Shown here in pieces: positions 57,927-64,000 of a DNA stretch of 64,000 bases. Every line of letters starts with the position of its first letter. Within the stretch, counting starts at the first letter, position 1. A program made the position numbers and the translations under genes. The notes below the pieces were generated by a model. That model searched no databases. It was given only the letters and a program-made list of their open reading frames with translations, and was not told the DNA's origin. The stretch spans positions 30,088-94,087 of the forward strand of contig JAFQXD010000016.1 in assembly GCA_017407115.1 (NCBI GenBank). Direction: 5' to 3'. Source of the DNA: Methanobrevibacter sp. (lineage in GTDB: Archaea; Methanobacteriota; Methanobacteria; Methanobacteriales; Methanobacteriaceae).

Positions 57927-58904
57927 GTGTTGAAATTGATTTTGGTTACTGGTGGAGCAGGTTATATAGGCTCTCATACAAACAAGGCACTGCATGCCGC
58001 AGGATATGACACAGTAGTCGTCGACAATCTCTGCAAAGGTTATGAAAACTTTGTAAAATGGGGATTTTTTGAGGATTGCGACTTCGGTAGCGGTGATTTA
58101 AGGGAAGTCTTTAAAAACTATGACATCGATGGAGTTATTCATTTCGCTGCATTTTCATCAGTAGCGGAATCAGTAGAAATGCCTCAAAAATACTTTAAAA
58201 ACAACTATAAAAACACTTTAAACCTCTTGAAAATCATGAGGGAATTTGGTGTTGATAAATTTATTCTATCATCAACCGCTGCAGTATACGGAAATCCTTC
58301 AAAGATTCCAATTACAGAAGATACAGAATTAAAGCCAATCAATCCTTATGGACACTCCAAATTCATCACTGAAAAGGCACTTGAAAGGGAAGCCGAAAAA
58401 GGTGATTTCAATTATGTATCTTTAAGATACTTTAATGCGGCAGGTTGTGATTTTGATTGTGAGATCGGGGAATTGCATGACCCTGAAACTCACTTGATTC
58501 CTTTAGTGTTGGATGCGGCTATAGGAAAAAGGGACAGCATATCTATTTTTGGTGACGATTACGATACTCCTGACGGAACTTGCATTCGCGATTATATCCA
58601 CGTAAATGACCTTGCGGATGCACATATCAAGGCATACGAATACTTATGCAATGAAAAGGAATCAAATATCTTCAACCTTGGAAACGGTGAAGGATATTCC
58701 GTTCGTGAAGTAATCGACATGTGCAAAAAGGTTACAGGTCGTGATTTTGAAGTCAAGATAGATGAGCGCCGTGAAGGAGATCCTGCCATCCTGATTGCTG
58801 ATTCAACCAAAATTCATGAAAAGCTGGGTTGGACTCCTCAATACGATTTGGAGCAAATTGTAGAGTCAGCCTGGAAATGGCATGAAAAAATGAATGTAAT
58901 CTAG
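57927..58904 (+). CDS. galE: UDP-glucose 4-epimerase
   Basis: The motifs are VTGGAGYIGSH, the catalytic YGHSK, and DGTCIRDYIHVNDLA. Confidence 0.9.
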   Translation: MLKLILVTGGAGYIGSHTNKALHAAGYDTVVVDNLCKGYENFVKWGFFEDCDFGSGDLREVFKNYDIDGVIHFAAFSSVAESVEMPQKYFKNNYKNTLNLLKIMREFGVDKFILSSTAAVYGNPSKIPITEDTELKPINPYGHSKFITEKALEREAEKGDFNYVSLRYFNAAGCDFDCEIGELHDPETHLIPLVLDAAIGKRDSISIFGDDYDTPDGTCIRDYIHVNDLADAHIKAYEYLCNEKESNIFNLGNGEGYSVREVIDMCKKVTGRDFEVKIDERREGDPAILIADSTKIHEKLGWTPQYDLEQIVESAWKWHEKMNVI

Positions 58905-58913
58905 GTAATTTTC

Positions 58914-59807
58914 ATGGAAAATGATAACCACGAATCAAAAATTGACGTTCGTATAATTGTTCAGGGATTGGATGTTGCCCAGCTGGTTTCAAAAGCTGTA
59001 AACAACATTCAGCTAGAGAGGGATTATAACATTATTGTTTCTTCAATCATTCCAACCACTGAACTGAATATTGTCAAAAAGGTAGCCAGTGGTGCTGATA
59101 TATTATTGATTGGAGGATATGGTCATGATGAAACATACAATATCCTATTCAATGAACTGAAGACCGATTTTAACCATATAGGATTATTTGATTATAACAA
59201 CATCATCATTGAAGATGAGTCAATAGATTTCAGATTGGCTGAAAAGGAAATTCTGAATTCAATAATAAAGTCAACATTGTCTTATTCTTTAAACCTAATC
59301 AATATCCATACTTTGGAAAACAAACTGATGAAGGTAACTCATAACTATAACAATTTGCTTGATGATTACAATAAGCTAATTAAGGAAAGCGAAGTCTTAT
59401 CTCAGCAGAATAAGGAATTGATTGAGGATATCGATGAGATAAAATCTGATTTTTCTGCTTTCAAACTGCGCTATGAGGATATCTATTCCAAAGACATCCT
59501 TGAAATATTCAATCTCGAAGACCTCTGGCAGGAAACATTCAGGCAGGAATTGGTCGATGAGGACAGGATTGTCATCGCCACAAACAAGTTCAAGCCGGAA
59601 AACATCATCGTTGGTCAAAATTATATTGCAGCTGAATCAAAATCTAAGGCCGTCGAATGGTTAAATATTGTTAGAACTGCACTAATATTCGTAGATGACA
59701 ATTCTGAAGATTTAATAAAGGAATTAAATACTAAAAAAGAAGAAAAAATCCCTGAGGTCAGGGAAGATTACGATATTCCCAACACTTTTGAAAACTTTTG
59801 GGATTAA
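58914..59807 (+). CDS. Hypothetical protein: alpha/beta N-domain, coiled coil, acidic tail ending DYDIPNTFENFWD
   Basis: It is 297 aa. No family was recognised. Confidence 0.5.
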   Translation: MENDNHESKIDVRIIVQGLDVAQLVSKAVNNIQLERDYNIIVSSIIPTTELNIVKKVASGADILLIGGYGHDETYNILFNELKTDFNHIGLFDYNNIIIEDESIDFRLAEKEILNSIIKSTLSYSLNLINIHTLENKLMKVTHNYNNLLDDYNKLIKESEVLSQQNKELIEDIDEIKSDFSAFKLRYEDIYSKDILEIFNLEDLWQETFRQELVDEDRIVIATNKFKPENIIVGQNYIAAESKSKAVEWLNIVRTALIFVDDNSEDLIKELNTKKEEKIPEVREDYDIPNTFENFWD

Positions 59808-59828
59808 TGCTGGAAATGTTTAAGAAAG

Positions 59829-60314
59829 TTATTGGGTGACTTTCCATTCCAGATACTTATAATACAATTCAGGATCTTTAGATTTTAAGTCATTGAAAAA
59901 TTCTTTTTGTTTTTCGTCATCAAATTTGGATATGACCTCTTCAATGGCGAGAAACGGAGATAATCGAACTGTTTTATTATTTCTTTCCTCCATTCTGCTT
60001 TTAATCAAATCACAAAGTTCCTTTAAATACTCCAAATGTGTGAAATAAACAATTTCAGGTTTGGGTCCACGTTCAAAATACTTTTTTGGTATTTTATTGG
60101 CTTCAAAGTCATGCATGAAATCTATAATCCTATCTCTTTCTTGCAATATTTTTTTTAAACTATCATCTTCGAATTCTTTCCTGTAATCTTTAGGATTCAA
60201 CATCATACTTTCGCCTCTAAAAAACATTTCATTATCTATGTTGCATGTTATTTTTTTAATAATATTTAAAATGTTATTATCTTGGAAGTGATTTAATATA
60301 AATATTTTTGACAA
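59829..60314 (-). CDS. Hypothetical protein (the start may be an internal ATG at 60206)
   Basis: It is 161 aa at most. No family was recognised. It is convergent with the previous gene. Confidence 0.4.
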   Translation of the reverse strand: MSKIFILNHFQDNNILNIIKKITCNIDNEMFFRGESMMLNPKDYRKEFEDDSLKKILQERDRIIDFMHDFEANKIPKKYFERGPKPEIVYFTHLEYLKELCDLIKSRMEERNNKTVRLSPFLAIEEVISKFDDEKQKEFFNDLKSKDPELYYKYLEWKVTQ

Positions 60315-60399
60315 TTTTCGGTATTGGTTTTCAAAACATTATTATTTTATACTAGTTTTAAGATAATTATAATTATACTATTTTATAGGGAGTTTATAA

Positions 60400-61821
60400 A
60401 TGCAAAGTGAGATGGAAGATAAGTGTGGTATTGTTGGAATTCATTGCTGTGATGAATCTAAAAATGTCGCATCTTTTGTTTATTATTGTTTGTATGCTTT
60501 ACAGCACAGAGGTCAAGAATCAGCAGGAATTGCTGCTTTTAATCCAATCAATGGTTTAAATTGCTACTGCGGAATGGGTTTAATAACTGAGGTATTCAAG
60601 GAATATGATATCCAGAATCTGCCCGGAAGCAAAGCAATAGGCCATGTAAGATATTCAACCACAGGCCAGTCAAAATTGATTAATTCACAACCTTTCGTAA
60701 CTGATTTTGGTGATGGATTCATTGCTATGGCACATAATGGGGATATCGTCAACTCCGAAGAGTTGAAAAAGGAACTCATCGATGAAGGATTTTATTTCAA
60801 GTCCGATTGCGATTCTGAAGTGATTTGTTATATGCTTAAAAAAGAGCATTATGACAAGGATAAGAATGTTTTGGAGGCTATTGAAGCCGTATGTAAAAAA
60901 CTTGTAGGATCATATGCATTGACTATCCTTGTTGATGGTGAACTGTATGGTGTTAGAGATCCTATGGGAATAAAACCACTGGCCATTGCAAAAAGAGGTG
61001 ATGAATTTATTTTGGCTTCAGAAACCGTTGCTTTTGATGTGATTAATGCTGAATATATTAGGGATATTGTGCCTGGTGAAGTTGTTTACTTTAAAAACGA
61101 TGAAATTAACTCCCACATGTTGGAAAGCGCTGGAAAATGCAAGCTTTCACACTGCATGTTTGAATATGTATACTTTGCAAGACCTGACAGTACAATTGAT
61201 GGCATTAACGTTTATGAAACCAGAATGAATATCGGAAAACAGTTGCATGAACTTTATCCTATTGATGCGGATGTTGTTATTCCGGTTCCGGACTCATCAA
61301 TTCCTGCAGCTATAGGATATTCAAGAGCTTCCGGAATACCATATGGTGAAGGTTTAATCAAAAATAGATATGTTGGAAGAACATTCATCATGCCTACCCA
61401 GGAAGAAAGGGAACTTGCAGTAAGGCTTAAGTTGAATCCGATTAAAGAGGCCATTAAAGGCAAAAAGATTATTCTAATCGACGACAGTATAGTAAGGGGA
61501 ACCACTTCAAAGCAGTTGCTTGATCTTGTAAAAGAAGCGGAACCTGCAGAAATTCACTTTTTGGTAGGATGTCCTCCTGTTATTGCTCCATGTTATTATG
61601 GTGTGGCTATGGCGACCAAAAAGGAATTGATTGCTGCCAATTATTCTGTTGAAGAAATCCAAAAACAGCTTGACATAGACTCTTTAGGATACATTACACT
61701 TCCTGCTCTGGTCAAAGCTATCGGAATGGATAAGGAAGACTTATGTTTAGGCTGTGTAAATGAAGAGTACCCGACAGAAATTCCTGAAGGACTGGAAGCT
61801 GAAACTTACTATAAACCTTAG
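60400..61821 (+). CDS. purF: Amidophosphoribosyltransferase
   Basis: It has the Ntn motif CGIVG, then HRGQESAG, GHVRYST and the PRPP loop ILIDDSIVRGTT. Confidence 0.95.
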   Translation: MQSEMEDKCGIVGIHCCDESKNVASFVYYCLYALQHRGQESAGIAAFNPINGLNCYCGMGLITEVFKEYDIQNLPGSKAIGHVRYSTTGQSKLINSQPFVTDFGDGFIAMAHNGDIVNSEELKKELIDEGFYFKSDCDSEVICYMLKKEHYDKDKNVLEAIEAVCKKLVGSYALTILVDGELYGVRDPMGIKPLAIAKRGDEFILASETVAFDVINAEYIRDIVPGEVVYFKNDEINSHMLESAGKCKLSHCMFEYVYFARPDSTIDGINVYETRMNIGKQLHELYPIDADVVIPVPDSSIPAAIGYSRASGIPYGEGLIKNRYVGRTFIMPTQEERELAVRLKLNPIKEAIKGKKIILIDDSIVRGTTSKQLLDLVKEAEPAEIHFLVGCPPVIAPCYYGVAMATKKELIAANYSVEEIQKQLDIDSLGYITLPALVKAIGMDKEDLCLGCVNEEYPTEIPEGLEAETYYKP

Positions 61822-61827
61822 ATATTT

Positions 61828-63075
61828 ATGGTTGAACTATTAGCTCCTGCGGGAAATTTCATATCTCTGCGCGCCGTTTTGGAAAATGGTGCGGATGCGG
61901 TTTACTTTGGACTTGATGATTATAACATGAGGGCCAATGCAAAAAACTTTTCTTTGGATGATTTAAGCCAAGTTTCTGAAATTGCCGGTGAATATGGAGC
62001 TAAAACCTATTTATGCACCAATATCATTTTAGATGAAAAGAGAGCGAATGAACTGGAAAGTAATCTGGAAGCTATTTCATCATCAGATATTGATGGACTT
62101 ATTTTATCCGACATAGGTCTGATTGAAGATACAGTATCGCATGGCCTTGAAGCCCATATAAGCGTTCAGGAAAATGTGACTAATTCCTTTACTTTAAAGA
62201 CTCTTAAAAAGCTTGGTGCTAAAAGAGCTATTTTATCCAGAGAACTGTCTTTAAGACAGATTACTGAAATTACCAAAAAATCACCTATTGAAACAGAAAT
62301 ATTCATTCATGGTGCAATCTGCATGGCGATTTCAGGCAGGTGCTTTTTAAGCTATGGATTATATGGAAGAAGCGCAAACTGCGGTGACTGCTTGCAGCCT
62401 TGCCGTAAAAACTGGACATTGACATATGAGGAAGGTGAAGACAATGTCATCAACTTCTCGGATGTTGAAGATGAGTCTTTTATCGTAACTGGAAGTGATG
62501 ATGGAAGCTATAGGACCAACTTCTTTTCTCCGAAGGATATGTGCATGATTGAATATATTCCGGAGCTGATTAAAAGCGGTGTTGCATCATTTAAAATTGA
62601 AGGAAGGGCTAGAAGTCCAGATTATGGTGCTATGGTAACTGGAATTTATCGTGAAGCTATTGATGGCTATCAAGAGGACCCTCTAAATTACAGGGTTAAG
62701 GATGAATGGATGGATGAGCTGACAAGCGTATTCAACCGTGGTTTTGATACAAACTTTTACTTTAATACTCCATTTGAGATAAGTGAAGATAATCAATCAA
62801 AATATATTAAAAAGGACATTGGACAGGTTGTAAACTACTACAATAAAGTAGGTGCCGCCGAGCTGAGAATCTGGGATGATTTAAAGATAGGAGATAAGAT
62901 CATCATTCAGGGCCAGACTACAGGTTCAATCACACATACTATTGATTCCATGCAGATTGAAGGAAAATCTGTTGAAAATGTTGAAAAAAATACAAATGTG
63001 GCTATTTTAATACCAATAAAGGTTAGAAAAAACGATTTCGTTTATAAATTAGTTGAGAGGGATTCTAATGATTAA
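61828..63075 (+). CDS. Peptidase U32 family protein
   Basis: The motifs are ELLAPAGN, GADAVYFG, E.FIHGA.C...SGRC.LS and SFKIEGR. Confidence 0.85.
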   Translation: MVELLAPAGNFISLRAVLENGADAVYFGLDDYNMRANAKNFSLDDLSQVSEIAGEYGAKTYLCTNIILDEKRANELESNLEAISSSDIDGLILSDIGLIEDTVSHGLEAHISVQENVTNSFTLKTLKKLGAKRAILSRELSLRQITEITKKSPIETEIFIHGAICMAISGRCFLSYGLYGRSANCGDCLQPCRKNWTLTYEEGEDNVINFSDVEDESFIVTGSDDGSYRTNFFSPKDMCMIEYIPELIKSGVASFKIEGRARSPDYGAMVTGIYREAIDGYQEDPLNYRVKDEWMDELTSVFNRGFDTNFYFNTPFEISEDNQSKYIKKDIGQVVNYYNKVGAAELRIWDDLKIGDKIIIQGQTTGSITHTIDSMQIEGKSVENVEKNTNVAILIPIKVRKNDFVYKLVERDSND

Positions 63076-63862
63076 AAAAATTGCTATCTATGGAAAAGGA
63101 GGAATAGGAAAGAGTACTACAGTGGCTAATCTGTCTGCTGTATGGGGTAGTGATGATTTAAACTGTCTTGTTATTGGATGTGATCCGAAAGCGGACACAA
63201 CACGTACATTATACGGTTCAAGAATTCCTACAGTTGTCCACACATTGAAGGAAAACAGGACACCTGAAAAAGAAGATCTGGTTTTTACAGGTTTTAAAGG
63301 CATTCAATGTGTTGAAAGTGGAGGTCCCGAACCGGGTGTAGGATGTGCCGGAAGAGGTGTCATTGTCGCAATGAAAAGACTTGAAAAGCTTGATATCTTC
63401 AATGACGATTTGGATGTTGTCGTATATGACGTATTGGGTGATGTTGTTTGCGGTGGTTTTTCAGTTCCTTTGCGTGAAAAATATGCCGATGAGGTGTTGA
63501 TTGTAACTTCAGGTGAATACATGTCACTTTATGCGGCAAACAATATTGTTCGTGGAGTCAAAAAGCTTAAGGGAAACTTGAGCGGTATCGTATGCAACTG
63601 CAGAAATGTTGACAATGAAGAGCAAATTGTCAATGACTTTGCAAAAAAGATAGGAACACATGTAGTTGGAACAATTCATAGAAGTAATTTGATACAGGAT
63701 GCTGAATTAGATGCAAAAACCGTTGTAGAAAAATACCCTGAAAGTGATGAAGCACAAGAATACCGTGACCTTGCTTCAAGTATTATGGCTAATGAAAATG
63801 TGTCAACTCCGGAACCTATGAGTGATGAGGAATTTGAAGAATTTTTCAAATCATATCTGTAA
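63068..63862 (+). CDS. cfbC: NifH-like ATPase, probable Ni-sirohydrochlorin a,c-diamide reductive cyclase component CfbC (F430 synthesis)
   Basis: The motifs are YGKGGIGKST, GCDPKADTT, and CAGRG...DVLGDVVCGGF, which carries the cluster cysteines. The methanogen context supports the call. Confidence 0.7.
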   Translation: MIKKIAIYGKGGIGKSTTVANLSAVWGSDDLNCLVIGCDPKADTTRTLYGSRIPTVVHTLKENRTPEKEDLVFTGFKGIQCVESGGPEPGVGCAGRGVIVAMKRLEKLDIFNDDLDVVVYDVLGDVVCGGFSVPLREKYADEVLIVTSGEYMSLYAANNIVRGVKKLKGNLSGIVCNCRNVDNEEQIVNDFAKKIGTHVVGTIHRSNLIQDAELDAKTVVEKYPESDEAQEYRDLASSIMANENVSTPEPMSDEEFEEFFKSYL

Positions 63863-63864
63863 AA

Positions 63865-64000
63865 ATGTTTTTTTCAACTGATTATGATTCCCCACTTGGA
63901 GACATGCTGATAGTAAGTGATGGCGAATCGATTTGTGGGGTCTGGTTTTATGGCCAGAAACATTTCCCTTTATTTGAAAATTTTATCCAAAATGATGGAT
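63865..64000 (+). CDS. Methylated-DNA-protein-cysteine methyltransferase-like, N-terminal fragment (runs off the window)
   Basis: MFFSTDYDSPLGDMLIVSDGESICGVWFYGQKHF resembles the N-terminal domain of Ogt/MGMT-family proteins. Confidence 0.45.
   Translation, partial: MFFSTDYDSPLGDMLIVSDGESICGVWFYGQKHFPLFENFIQNDG

Overview
This is an AT-rich archaeal chromosome segment that looks like Methanobacteriales or Methanobrevibacter. The evidence is the methanogen cofactor genes (mfnB, a cfbC-like NifH homologue, an MCR-A2-like ABC ATPase), archaeal information-processing genes (rpl37ae, rpoP, Pcc1, prefoldin beta), an archaeal lipid reductase, and pseudomurein-binding repeats. Positions 1 to about 24.4 kb hold the late, structural half of an integrated tailed virus. 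All its genes are on the + strand and its left end is cut by the window. The gene order is PBSX-like with a contractile tail: portal, MuF, protease/scaffold, major capsid, connectors, sheath, tube, chaperone, tape measure, a PG-binding protein, a hub, baseplate W/J, three large fibre or adhesin-like ORFs, a pseudomurein-binding endolysin, and small orphan ORFs. From 24.9 kb onward the genes are ordinary host genes: hisG-like, dys, pyrF, cbiMNQO, ribC, mfnB, guaB, the rpl37ae-rpoP-Brix-Pcc1-pfdB cluster, uvrC, GGR plus ferredoxin, galE, purF, a U32 peptidase and cfbC. The exception is a 2372-aa DUF4011/SF1-helicase/Vsr-like nuclease/DUF3320 protein that carries a very long polyacidic insertion. 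I saw no rRNA, tRNA or CRISPR array. The most interesting signals are as follows. (1) A probable +1 frameshift at CCC-UAA would fuse the capsid protein to a beta-sandwich decoration domain. (2) A start-codon-free frame links the tail chaperone to the tape measure gene, as in G/GT frameshifting. (3) The tail hub carries a transglutaminase-like Cys-His-Asp module and the neighbouring tail protein carries a PG_binding_1 domain, which together suggest a virion-borne pseudomurein entry apparatus. (4) The giant helicase-nuclease is a candidate Hhe-like defence or repair factor and is coupled to uvrC. All family assignments come from reading motifs by eye and from gene order; no searches were run.
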